Positions 35,826-48,235 of a DNA stretch of 64,000 bases are shown here, one piece after another. The stretch lies in contig CM074804.1 in NCBI GenBank assembly GCA_037447605.1, forward strand, positions 6,549,909-6,613,908, in the 5' to 3' direction. The position numbers and the translations under genes were made by a program. The notes beneath the pieces were generated by a model that saw nothing but the letters and a program-made list of their open reading frames with translations, was not told where the DNA came from and searched no databases. The stretch comes from Zygnema circumcarinatum SAG 698-1b. Lineage: Eukaryota > Plantae > Zygnematophyceae. Positions within the stretch are counted from its first letter, which is position 1; each line of letters begins with the position of its first letter.

Positions 35826-37763
35826 CTACCATCCCGGACCATGTTCCCACTTCAACACCGCAGAGTTGACATCATCTTCCCGCTTTGCTTTGTCTTTCAA
35901 GAACCAGTCACATATCCGGCCAGCATTAAGCTCTTCAATTGGGACTTGCTCTTGTTCAGAGATCACTCGGAGAAGATTCAAAGACGATACCTGAATAGTG
36001 CATGTAGGCAAAAAAAAATTGTCAAGCGGTGTCAACAAGGTACCACTGTCAACTTCTCATAGATTTTTGAAAAAAGTCATCCACAGTTAGCTAAAAACTA
36101 TGCCACGCTATGCTATGCTTTGTTCGACTTTATTCAGTATGATCTTTGAATTCAGCTATTGAGAACGTTAATTTCATGTCAGCTGTCTTCAAGGATCAAA
36201 CCAGCCATCTATATTTTGACAGTCCACATCAGAAAGTGAAGAAAAGAAAGTTCCTAAGGTGCGTCAAAAACATACATTTTACGGCATCACAAACAAATTC
36301 TTCATCCTTCAACTCTCCTTGAAATCAGTGCATGCGCCTTAGTACGCATAGACAACAAAAACCCAAATCCCAAAAACGAGGCCCGGGGGTAACAAATAGA
36401 CAAAGTCTTGAAGATTTAAAATAACCTCATTGCACGAATGGCCATTTGGATGAATGGCCACACCTACAAAACTTACCGTGAGCCGTGCAAGAAAGCGTTC
36501 ATGCATATCCAGCCCCGCCATTTCCACTAGCCCGGCTTCCTCAAGTGAGAGGAAACTTGCAGGAGAGCCAGGACCACCTTGAGCTCCATCGGCAGCCATG
36601 GCGATAACTGATAGTCTCTGCTTTCGTCCTCCTGCAAAGAAAGAAGCAACCTTTTCATTGCAAAAAGAAAAAGTATTGGGACGGAAAGTGGTGATATCCC
36701 AAAATAAGTACAAAGAGGGAAAATCCCAAATGAAGAAACATAAGGAAAGGCGGTGAAAACAAAACTAACATTCACAGTGCTAGAAGCGTCTGTACACAAA
36801 AGGAAGCCATGCCGCAAAATTAGTTCATGCCGGTAACTTCATTCTGCAGGATAAGACCCGATTGAGTCCTACACAGATGTAAAATGGTGCAGCATTTCCA
36901 AAGGAATTGCTGGCAAGCATTTATCCATTGTCCATTCGCTCTTTGAAGTATGTATGGGCTGATAGCAGCAGCGCAAGTAGTTCCACTGTCTCAGTCACTT
37001 GTCAAATAGGGAAGAATCTAAAAGACAGAAGCAAGCAGGGAAAATATGCCAAGAGAACTCAAACAAATCAAAGAGAAATTTCATCCTGGAACAGAAAGCA
37101 ATTGCAAACTCATTTAGAAAAATAACATACTGCAGCTACAAGATGACAAGGCGCCGTTGATCAAGTATATACATGGTCTACAATACAATTGACAAGGCAC
37201 AGGTTCCCTAAGCTCTTCCCATTGCTCTTGCTTCAAATTTCGAAAGTTGAAGGAAAAAAAAACGTTGTGAAGCAAGGGAGATGTGTTCTAAATTGCTGGT
37301 ACAACCAAAACAATCGCTTCGAATGATGATTGACCCGTTACAAGATAGAGATTGGCCACTATGAAGAAAAAACTCTCAAGAATGTTTCCTCCTCAAAGAG
37401 TGCAGAAAAACGGACTAAAAGGAAAATTCTCTGTACTCTATGCTAACAGGGAGAATGCCACCGTAAAACATTTCGTGTAAGGTTTCTGTTCCCCGAAAAA
37501 TCATAGAGAAGTGAGAAAAGTGGCGAAAGCTACGAGCGGAGAGATTGCGCAGACAGAGAACAGCCGCTCCTACCTTGTAGATTACTTATGCCGCAGCTCT
37601 GCTGAAGGGAGAGCCCCAAAATCATCGACCTAGCTGCGCAAGACGCCCTCCGTCTCGGCGATGCTGCTCGCAGGGACGAGTACCCAGCCATGGTGGGCAG
37701 CGCTGAGTAGGAAGGCCGGCTCACTCCATGCGCGATGTCATGTGCTCTGCACACAGCAGCCAT
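35826..37763 (-). CDS. Conserved small plastid-targeted plant protein (tentatively CRR9/At4g21445-like), three exons
   Basis: Ser/Ala/Arg-rich transit-like exon 37763-37574, then SFLSLEEAGLVEMAGLDMHERFLARLT|VSSLNLLRVISEQEQVPIEELNAGRICDWFLKDK..SAVLKW, a segment I recognise as conserved in land plants. The CRR9 name is from memory and needs a BLAST check. Confidence 0.7.
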
Positions 37764-38444
37764 TGCAAGCGCGCCTGCAGGAGCTTCAACGATGACGGCA
37801 AGGAGCAGCTCCTTGAACCAGGCTCTGCTGAACAGGCCGACTCTCCTCCCTCGTTCTGTAAGGGGCGCGCTTTGTGCGCTTTGTGCGCTTTGTGGCGCGT
37901 TTTGAGAGAGGCGTGCGAGACGACGGGACGGATGAAACGTACCAAACGCTCAAAAAATTGTACAGTATGTGAAAGGATCGGTTAGTTTGTTGCATCCAAC
38001 AGGTTTCAAGGTTGCGTTGTTCACATGGTTTTTTGGGGCAATGGGAGTGGAAAGAAGAAGGGAGGCTCTGTTGTATTAGCGAGTCCATTCGTGGGCGAGC
38101 TGTGGTCCAATAATATGCCAATATTGTGCGGCATATGTTTTTGCTTTATGGAATTTGGATGTTTAATCAGTTCATGAACGAGGACGTGGCAGACGACATC
38201 TTCATGATTTGAACTTGATAGATGTGGGTTCGTGCCTAGGTCTTGCCCACGGCAATCGACTTTCACTGTTACCGCAGGCACTGTACCTATGAAGGGAACA
38301 CACATATAACTCTCGCAAAAATAACAAATATGTTAAAACAGCCTTGCTTCTGTATGTAGAATATCGACAAGCGCGCGGAACACGTACATGGTTTGAAAAT
38401 AATTGCTTGAGCTTGGATGCAAGCAACCTTGAAGGAACGCTATT

Positions 38445-38555
38445 GCAAAACAACACAATGGGCCATAGGCAGGCAGGCGGTCGGTTGGTCGCCAGTGACT
38501 TGTCACGGCACTCGTCCCTTCGCTCGCCAGCCTATGGCCCATTGTGTGGTTTTGC
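38445..38555. repeat. 111-bp inverted repeat / long hairpin
   Basis: GCAAAACAACACAATGGGCCATAGGCAGGC pairs with GCCAGCCTATGGCCCATTGTGTGGTTTTGC (28/30). The stem continues imperfectly to GTGAC-TT-GTCAC. Confidence 0.85.
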
Positions 38556-38960
38556 GGATTCATGTCGCAGTCAAGCTCTGGACGAAAAGTGATGACGCCT
38601 TGTTGCCCTGCAGGCAGTCACGTACGAAGGGCTGCCTTGGTTGCGCTCAAGACAGACTGCCGCACTTGGCATGACTAACACGTGCAAACACAACATGACC
38701 AAAGTCGGGTTCCATCGTAGACAAGGCGTGTCCCGCCAAATTCTTTCGAACTCCTGCATACAGTTTAGGATATGTCACTTCTGCAGGATAGCATGTGATT
38801 GAACCGTTTTTGTGAAGAACTTAAGATAAATATCCCCATGAACCAGTCACGGCTCACCAATGGAGACAACAATGATGAGTATGTCAATAGGGTCTCATCT
38901 TGCTGGGCTCCAATCTGCTTCCCGTGTGGACCACCATCATGGCTAAAAGGCTCTTATGGT

Positions 38961-41900
38961 TTAGGAGTTCTTAAACTGACTGAGAGCTTCCTTAGTTGCT
39001 GCTGAGACCACAGCGTCCGATGCATTGGGAAGGTAGTAGTATTTTCCTGCAGGGTCAGAGGCAGTGAAAAAAACGTCAGACTAACCCGCACAGACATGCA
39101 ACTGACGACAGATAGGTGGCAAACAAGGCAACATATGACGCAAAGGACAAGTAAAGGAGTCGGGCTGGTAGAGGAAAAGGCATATTGCAGGACGTATTTT
39201 GATGAAGCAGCTACAATATACTCTCTAGCCCCTTTAGACAGGTGTCGTCCACAGTGGCGCCCGAGGATCCACATCACTTACCGCAAGCAACTCTTGCGAT
39301 CTCCTTAGCAAAACCCGTGGAAATGAACTTGTTCTCGCTGTCTATCACCAGCAGAGACATCCCAGCCTTATATATTTTCCCGGCAATATCCAGAATTTCA
39401 TCCTGCACAGAGTCCATGCGCACAGCACAAACGAGGTGAGCTTGCAGAGACCTCCATGGGCAATCAAAGCAAAGACTCTAAAAGCACAAAGCTCGGACAA
39501 GAGCAAGATTGTTGAACCATCAGTTGTTAGCATCAGGGCCAGCACAGCAACATGGCGATAAACTTCCACACCATCAAAATGGAAGTGAGAAAGAACCCTT
39601 AGGGGCAGAGATCAGCAACGGCCAGGTGGAAGCCTAGTGCATTAGTCGCACAATCACAAACAAGAGCATTCAACTAGACACCGCAAGGGAACCAAAGCTT
39701 TACAGCTAGAACCATTGCTGTGCCTTTCCGCCTTTCACCGATGAACAGTACATCATTTCCATGAGTTCATGCAGTGATGGTGCAAAGTTTTAGATTCAGT
39801 TTTTCAGAAAATTTCAGAACTCCTGGATCTCAGAATTAGTTTCAAACAATTCCTTCATGCATGCACCTAAAGAGCAGCTATTTAGCATAGGACCTCATAC
39901 TGAAGACTGAAGGTTTCTTTTCACCATATCGTTGTAAACAACGAGTATGTGTGGTGCATGAACACATTTAATCATTGGTCCAGCTAAACTAAGTCAAATT
40001 CGGCCATGAAGAATGATTTAAACAGCTCCTAACCTTACAGAAGATCATCTAGGTGTGCTCAACTAGCAACCGGGCTTAAGCGCACCGGAGTGTCAATCGT
40101 TATTTAAAGACTCTACAATTGCAATCATCTGCTCACTACCATAGATGAAAAGGGTACACGGGTTCTTCTTGTGAATTAACTGGATAAATCATCACTTGGA
40201 AGTGACCTAAACATTTTGACAATGTACGCTAAGACGAAGTCAATTAAAGAAACTGGCTTTGGCCTCATCCAATTATTATAGGTTCTGGATATCACCACGC
40301 GGTTGCATGCAACCAGTGAGAGTGGTGCATGAACGTCTCTAATCATTGGCCATGACCGCTCTTGAATCAGACGCAGACGCAGAAAAAGATCAGACGCAAA
40401 AAAAAGAATGCGTTGCTTCTGCACTAGATGCTGTATTCTGTACAGCAGCTATTTCCTGGCCTTGCAAAGCAACACACTGATATTGACTTCCATTTGACAT
40501 CGCTTCGCCAGCCGCAGCCATTGTGAGAGATTTGGCCATTGCTGGACTATTCTTGGACCATGACTTGTGAATCGAGGACTGCAGTGACAAAGGGGAATCC
40601 CCACCCTTGACCTTTACTTGAAAAAAAAAGACACTTGAACTATGAGCATTAATGTCTAGGCACACCTATGCTATTACACTAAAGAATAAAGCACCCACCT
40701 TCAAATCCTTCTGACTGGGCTTGGGAGCATCTGGAGCAATGGCGTCTGGATCCTGTAGACTTTTCTTCAAAGATACGTTGGCCCGACCATCAGTAATTGC
40801 CACAATCATCACGCGGCCCACGTCCCCAGATTTTTCCGCATTAAGTCCGACTCTCACAGCCTGACAGCCCACCCAATACCTCGACATGGTCAGTGGAAGC
40901 TGAAGGGCAGTGATCTGGAGGAGATCCACATGGATTAGCTGTCTTTCATCCCAGTTATCAGATGGTTGGGAATGCTGCAGAGGACATTCTGAACGTGCCT
41001 GCAATCTGTCCCTGCTAAGGCAATGTTCGGGAAACCTCCACAGCCTTCAACTAGAAGGTATGCCAAATAGTTTAGCACGCAATAAGAAGCAGACACAAAA
41101 AGCGAGGTAACATGCAACAATTGTATCTTGCGTGAAGGGCTACCGAAATGAACTGAAGTGCAGTGCATACTTTTTATGTTTAGACATACTAACGAGATCA
41201 ACAATTCATTACCGTTGCAAGACCATGGGCCAATGGCGAACCTCCACCACATGGCAGTCTGTCCAGGCGCTTCCGAGCCATGGCAATGGACCTCGATGGT
41301 GGCAGTAGCACCTCTGCAGCTTCTCCACGGAAGGGGATAATTGCTACCTGAAATGCATGATTTCATCGTATACACTGTTAGCCTATACCAGGAAAAGCTT
41401 CTATATCAAGTGACTATGGCTGGTTATGCCCTTACCTGAACATAACATCTATCCTTCGCTTCCATCCATACTTGAACATTTTTAGCATGCATACATTCTT
41501 TTTCTAGATGCATTGCAAGTCACAATTGTCTGAAATATAATACTGGCTACCTCCTTTTCATAGATCTGTTTGTCAAAAGGGCAAACCTCGTTACGTGCGA
41601 TATTCATGCACATGGCTGAAAAGAGAGAACAAACCAATATTTTGAAAGAACTAGTCCCAGACACGTTTTTGCAACGGGGTCAAGGAAAAAAACTGATTAC
41701 TAAACATAGATAACTGAACATACCTGATCTCGACTGGTGTAACTCTCAGCAAGTAGCTGCATGGCAGCTCCTTTCGCATTATTCATGCGGTTCAGTGCCA
41801 TACTTCCACTAGCATCTACCACAAAAATAACCTGTGAAAAAAAGAAACACATCGACAACCTATCATTTTTCAGTGCTTTCAATGTGCCAAATTAAGAGAC

Positions 41901-44900
41901 AGAACCTCTAGCGTTGTGTTCTGCTTTATTCCAAATACATTTCAAAGACTAAACTCAGACCTACATGCTCAATCGGGAGGTTTTCAACAGCGACTTCAGC
42001 TGAGTACGTCAGAACTTGTCTACCTCATGACAAGATACTAAGAGGATTACGGCAGAAAACACAGCTAAACCATGGATATTCCCCTCCGACCTGCTGTGCA
42101 CTCTCGCCTTCAAGGTGCTTGGACAGATTCTACAGATATTGCGAGCCTTACACCTGCAGAACCTTATACCTGCTGGAACTACCTTTACAACGGATCTTTA
42201 GATACAAGTAAAATCGCTCTCGTTTTCAAACGGCGGAACGAAATTTTTCACTAGACACACCCCTTCAGTCCGCCCCATTCCCTGTCCCTGTCCTATGCTC
42301 ATCTCCCTCATTCACTTCATCGTCAGCCCATCCACCTACATTTCCAATTTCCTCCACCTTCCCACTCTCTCATTTATCCCATTCACTTCCATTCAATAAA
42401 CCTCTGCGTACTTCAACCAATCAACCATCCCAATCTGTCCCACTCTCCCACTTCCTCCCTCTCCCCACCCTCAGAGCTGCGAGCAAAAGACAGGACATAC
42501 GTTCACCTTGCCACCTTAAACCTGAGAAACGCGTAAGGCCGATTTACCAACTTCCGAATGACATCCTATTAACTATCACAATTTTGGTGCATGGGGATGC
42601 GATCGCGAACACGAAAGGCTTCTTGCATTCCCCATGAAACCTTTTGATGGCGTCGCCATCGTGAGATCATGAGCGGTTAGAAGGATCAGCTAGCTACATT
42701 TGGTGTTGAGGGCAAGTTAATCGAACATAAGCAACGAGGTATCACATAAGCTCCAATGTGGTTGCTGCCTCCATTCAAAAGGGAACCACTATGTCTTTCT
42801 CCCCACGCTGCCTGAATCTCCCAAGTTCTGCCAGCTTAGGAAGGACATCATTTCCATGAAGCACAGTTATGGAGAGGTTGCCTGGATAAGCCCAAAGCTC
42901 TCACGCAGAATGGGGGTTCCACTTACTACCCTAAGCATTCTTCTGTAAACAAAGAGCCGTGACTCACCAACGCTCCAGCTTTGCGCGCCATTCTCTTCGC
43001 TCTCATGTCAACATTCTCCACGTATACCTTCCGTTCCGTTCCATTTCTTATCGCTTGCTGGCGCCTCAACTTCTGGTATGGAGCTGCTGCTCGCAAGGTT
43101 GCGTCCACAGCAAGCCTTTTCACCGGGCCCTGAACAATGGAGTCGAAAATTGATTGGATACTTCTTCAAAAATAAAGAATAAGAAATGGAATGTGGACTA
43201 GAGCAGATATTATGTTCAATATTCTAAGTGCTGAAGATAATAAGCGAAGGAGGTTGATTGTATCAAAGCAGAAAATACCTTTGGAAACATGGGCTTAATG
43301 TATCGCCCCCGATCTTCAGAAAATATAACATTTTTGGCTCGCCCAGCTTTGCCCTTTGAGCGCTGCGCTTGCTGCGCAAACATGAGCAGCTGGGCGTCCA
43401 TCATGCCACCCTCAGCGTCGAAAACAAACTCTTCAGGGATCTGGTCTGCCTGCTGTTCCACATCTTCCTCGTCATCTTCCTGAACACAAAAACCTGTCGC
43501 ATTAGATGGACGTGTTGAACCAAACACACGCTACTCTCTGAACAGTAAAAGAAAGATCCTATTTTTGTGCGACTAAGAAAAGAAAGAAAGTCAGAAATAG
43601 GTAAATGGTACAATACTCATATCTGATCCCCTTACTGAAGGACAATAACTTGCATCAGACAAACAAGTGACTCATTCCACTGCGATAGCTAGTGGAGACT
43701 AACCACTACCCTATCTTATGGATTCCTCAAAAACAACGATACTACCACTATTTTGTTGAATGAGTCGAACATTTCACCTTGTCTTCCTCCTGTTCATCTT
43801 CTTGTTCATCATCGTTGTTCTGATCCTGGGCTTGAGGTGGTGGTGGGGGTGGTGGCTGCTGTTGTTGCTGATCATTCGGCATTTCGATGACAGTTGCTCT
43901 TGGAACAATCACCAACTCCACCTGCACAAAATTCTCCAAATGCAATTGTGTAAAGGAATGATACAAGCAAATTACAACCAACAGTTTGACTTGTAAGGAT
44001 TAGAAAAATAAACGCAGCACTTACAGCTTTCCTCAAATCATCTGCGCTGACTCTTTCACGTCCCTCAAGTGCTGCTGAAGCTTTTGCAACACGCACAGCA
44101 TATAATTCTGCTCTGTGTCCCTGCATCCCAGACAGCTTGCAAAGTCTGCTTGCATAAAGGAATTACAATACATTCATGGTTAACCTCAGCAACTAAACAT
44201 TATACAGAGAGGAAAAATCAAATCGCATCATTGCAAGTTCATGCAACTTAGCTCTGATGCACATTCACTTGTAGAACCATCGTAAGGGTCACAAAGAGTA
44301 TCTGTTAAGTGAGTTCAAGGATGAAGAATTTACGTCAAAGTTTGCTTCAAGTTACCTGGCACTGGCCTCGAATCGCCTCTGTCACCAAGTATTTCATCTG
44401 TTCCCTACTAATTTTCACATCCTTTAACCATTCTCGAGCAAGTATAACCTGCAGTGTAACCGCACAAAGGTCATCACCACCTGTCAGCATACATAGAGAA
44501 ACCGAATGAAGTGAAGACTTTAGCAGGGAATTTTTCTGAGGGCGGCAAGTAAACAACAGTTTCTGAGCACGATGGATCTCCTCTGGATATGCTGGCTATG
44601 GGACGATCTAATAGAATTGTAAGGTCACCTGCCATCTTCAGCTAAGTACGTTTGCTTGGCTTGAGCCCCAGAATTGCGCTTTACTCACAAGAGCTCAGGA
44701 ACTTCTGGGATTTGCTTAAAGATACCAGATTTGTACCTGTGTCCTTGCTGTTTCTGTAGCTTCCTTCGAATCTTGAAGAACGTCCGTAGCAGAGTTCTGA
44801 AATCGAGTGGCTATATCCACTGCCGCAACTCTATCGTCAAAGTCAGGTACAACATCAGCACTGCACAGCAAAACAGCTCACCAAAAAATAAAAACGTAAG

Positions 44901-47051
44901 TGCTTACGCCGATTAACATATCTGTTGACCGTTCTTTAGTAAGTGCAACTAAACTGGCTAAGGAGCATACAAAGCGTTGACCTAGCAGAGTCAATAACAG
45001 AATGTCAACAACCAGAATCCATCAACCAGGAACATAAGAGGGAGAAGGGTAATGGCCAGATGCAGCAGGTTGACACAAGAAAGAAGACTATCTGAAATCA
45101 AGACCGAGACCGAGAAACCAAGAGAAACAAAATTACAAGCCAAAACCTGTCATAAAATGGAAAATGTTTAAAAAGAAAGAGTACATGTCCGTTCTCCTCC
45201 ACGTAACATGCCAGCCCGGCTTGCGGGCTCAGATTCCTCCAGGTCCATAAAGAGAAATGGCAAAAAGAATTGCTAACCTCAGCGTTACTGCAATACGGTC
45301 GAGGAGATGCTCCCTCACATTGCCTTCTTCTGGGTTATAAGTGGCGATAAGAAGTGGAGCGCATGGATGTTTAAAGCTGATTCCTTCTCGTTCAATCACA
45401 TTAACTCCGTCAGTAAGAACATTGAGAAGAAGATTGCTGATGCTATCATCTATAAGATTGATCTCGTCCACGTAGAGCACACCCCTGTGAGCTTCTGCCA
45501 ACAAACCCGGTTGGTATACTGTAGTGCCTGATCGTACAGATTCTTCTACATCCACTGAGCCGATAAGTCGGTCTTCAGTAATCCCGAGTGGAATCTGATA
45601 CAGATGAGAAACAATTCAGTCAATACGCCAGAGTTAGGCACACTAGCCGGAACAGCCAAAGGAGAGATCCCTTGAGTAGCATTACCCTTCAAGACAACCC
45701 GAAACACAAGTTTGCAATTCGTCAATGTTAAAGTGAAGCACCTGGATAAATGGGGCCTTGATAATCCTAGTCTTTATGCTGCCATCCTCGTTGTATTGTA
45801 ATCTGCCTGCCAATCCTTCCTCCCACCTGCAAGTAGCTATTGCAAAGCTTCAGCGCCATAGAGAAAACCTAAAGGAGTTCAGAGCTGACACATGGCAAGT
45901 AAACTTGAGGCTTCCCAACATACGCTATACGGGAAGCGCAGAATTCTAGCTCGACATCGAGTAATCGTACAAATGTAAGGGACGTCTTCAACGTAGCACA
46001 AAAAGCAATGAACAAAGTTGCAATACACTAGGAACCTTATAATTGATTTGGCAGACAGACTGAAAAGAAAAATTCAGAATCTTAACTTAAGTGGGAGAAG
46101 CATTCATCTTCAGCAGCCTGAGAAACATGACCTAGAAACATTAGCTGAACGAGAATCCACCACTGTGCAAATTACGATGGTTCAATAATACTCACTCTTC
46201 AGGACAATTAGGGTCAGCATTCGCCATGCTACCCTCTACAATCTCAATTGGAGGGATAATAGAATGGAGTCCTCTTGCCATGACGGTCTTCGCTGTACCT
46301 CGCTTGCCTGCTATGGCAATTCCTCCCATTTTGATGTCAACAGCTCCTAACAATAGAGCTGACTTAATTGATTCCTGCACACAGAGAACATAGAGCATCA
46401 GTACCGTCAATCATTCCAACTTCACCAGAGCTACAAAAAGAACTGAAATAACAAACATCTGTAGAACCGACACAAGAAACTACCAGAAAGGACGCATTGG
46501 TGAGTCATCAAGCAACTCATGTCTCATCGATTGATACGCATGCAGGCTCAAAAGAACAAAAAACACATCGCCCTGTTTCTCATTACCTGGCCGACGACTG
46601 ATGCTAATGGAAAGTATTGCCTTCCGAAACGGTCCCTCTCTTCGTCAGCACCAATGTCGGCCACATCTGCACCATTTGCAGTCTCCGCCCGAGATGGAGC
46701 TTCGGCCTCTCGAGCAGTATCCACTGTGGCAATAGCTCTACAAACTTGCTTCCCTTGTTTTTGCCGTCGCCGTCTGCTTCGATGTGTCAGCTTCTGACCT
46801 GCTAAGCCATCCACTACTACTCTCTCTGCAATAGCACCGCCACTGAAAGAACTTTCCAAGGCTATGGCAGACTGAGAGCCGCTTGAAGTCGCTGAGGGCA
46901 AGCAACTGTGGCAATCATCACGGGCTCCAAAGCGGGTTTGGGGTCCCGCCTTCATCACAAAGCTAGCTGCTCCGGGCCCCGAACAACTGCTCCCTGCCAA
47001 CTGAACAGCATGCTGAAATCGCGCACACAAGTTTGACACAGCGGCCGCCAT
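38961..47051 (-). CDS. CHLD: Magnesium chelatase subunit D, plastid, spliced
   Basis: Transit peptide, [71 protein letters not shown], poly-Pro/acidic linker, [26 protein letters not shown], vWA domain [33 protein letters not shown], and terminal [15 protein letters not shown]. Confidence 0.96.
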
Positions 47052-47226
47052 GCTCCTCTACTTTCCGTCCCAGGTCACCCCCGCTTCTCTCTCCACTCCC
47101 TTCCGACAGCTAAGCCCCGTCTCCTCACCCACACTCCTGCAAACACTCTGCGAAGAGCGCCCCCCTGCGTCAAGCAGCCGGCATCCTGAGCGGCTGCTCG
47201 CTCAGAGAGCCTCGAGAAACTGCCAA

Positions 47227-47330
47227 GAGGGAGAGGACGAGAGAGGGAGAGGGCGAGAGAGGGAGAGGGCGAGAGAGGGAGAGGGCGAGAGAGGGAGAGG
47301 GCGAGAGAGGGAGACGGCGAGAGTGGCCTG
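47227..47330. repeat. GA-rich tandem repeat (GAGGGCGAGAGAGGGA-type units) upstream of CHLD
   Basis: Repeated gagagggagagggc units; reads as a CT-rich leader on the CHLD strand. Confidence 0.8.
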
Positions 47331-47492
47331 AGCGAGGGGGCGAGAGAGTGATATGAGAGGGAGGCAGCCAGCGAGGGGGGCGCAGCGCAGGCGAGAGAGG
47401 AATCCGCAGAGGATTTAGAGGGAGCGCGGCGGCCAATGGCGGAGCCGCGCGCCGCCAGCGTGGCTCGCCCTCCCGCTCTCCCACAGCCCCAC

Positions 47493-47781
47493 TCCGTCCG
47501 TACGTCCGTCCGCCCGCCCGTCCGTCCGTCCGTCCGTACGTCCGTCCGCCCGCCCGTCCGTCCGTCCGTCCGTACGTCCGTCCGCCCGCCCGTCCGTCCG
47601 TCCGTCCGTGCGTCCGTCCGCCCGCCCGTCCGTCTGTGCGTCCGTCCGTCCGTCCGTCCGTCCGTCCGTCCGTCCGTCCGTCCATCCGTCCGTCCGTCCA
47701 TCCGTCCGTCCGTCCGTCCGTGCGTCCGTCCGTCCGTGCGTCCGTCTGTCTGTCCGTCCGGTCCGTATGTCCGTACGTCCG
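47493..47781. repeat. (CCGT)n/(GACG)n compound microsatellite in the CHLD promoter island
   Basis: About 290 bp of ccgt tetramers, with a higher-order 36-bp period (..ccgtacgtccgtccgcccgcccgtccgtccgtccgt..) at its start. Confidence 0.92.
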
Positions 47782-48235
47782 CTTTCCCTCTTCCAGGTAC
47801 CCACCGTACTGAGGGTGTCTGCAACATTCTCCGGCAGCGAGGTGAAGTGAACGCGAATCCATGGTGGCAAGCCCGCTTGGAGGGAGGGTGAGACCACACG
47901 AGTGGGTCGCGGTGAGCCAAAAGGAAGATTCTAAGTTCCCAAAGGCATTGGGATACCACCCACCCCCCCCCCCCCCACACCCGCCTACCAAACAAATGCA
48001 TGTATTTATAAACGCCTTTTTCAAACCAACGCATTAATTTCAAACGAGCAGAGAGCATCTCAAAGGGATGGGACAAGGCATAGAGTGAAAGTGAGCAAGA
48101 AGCACAGTTCCAGCAAGAGTCGAGCCTGGCGATGAGTTCTCAGCTTGTTTAAAATACACAAAAATACGTTACAAAGTCAATGTACAAGTTCCCTGTATTT
48201 GGACGGCCGACTAAATATAAATCTCACAATCGCAG

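Noticed and set aside
40390-40665. 91-aa ORF in a CHLD intron as a possible extra exon
   Set aside because: The flanking CHLD exons (..SQKDLK|DEILDIA..) join into the conserved sequence without it, and I recognise no homology.
47075-48076. RTDG/VRPS repeat ORFs
   Set aside because: Translations of the (CCGT)n microsatellite.
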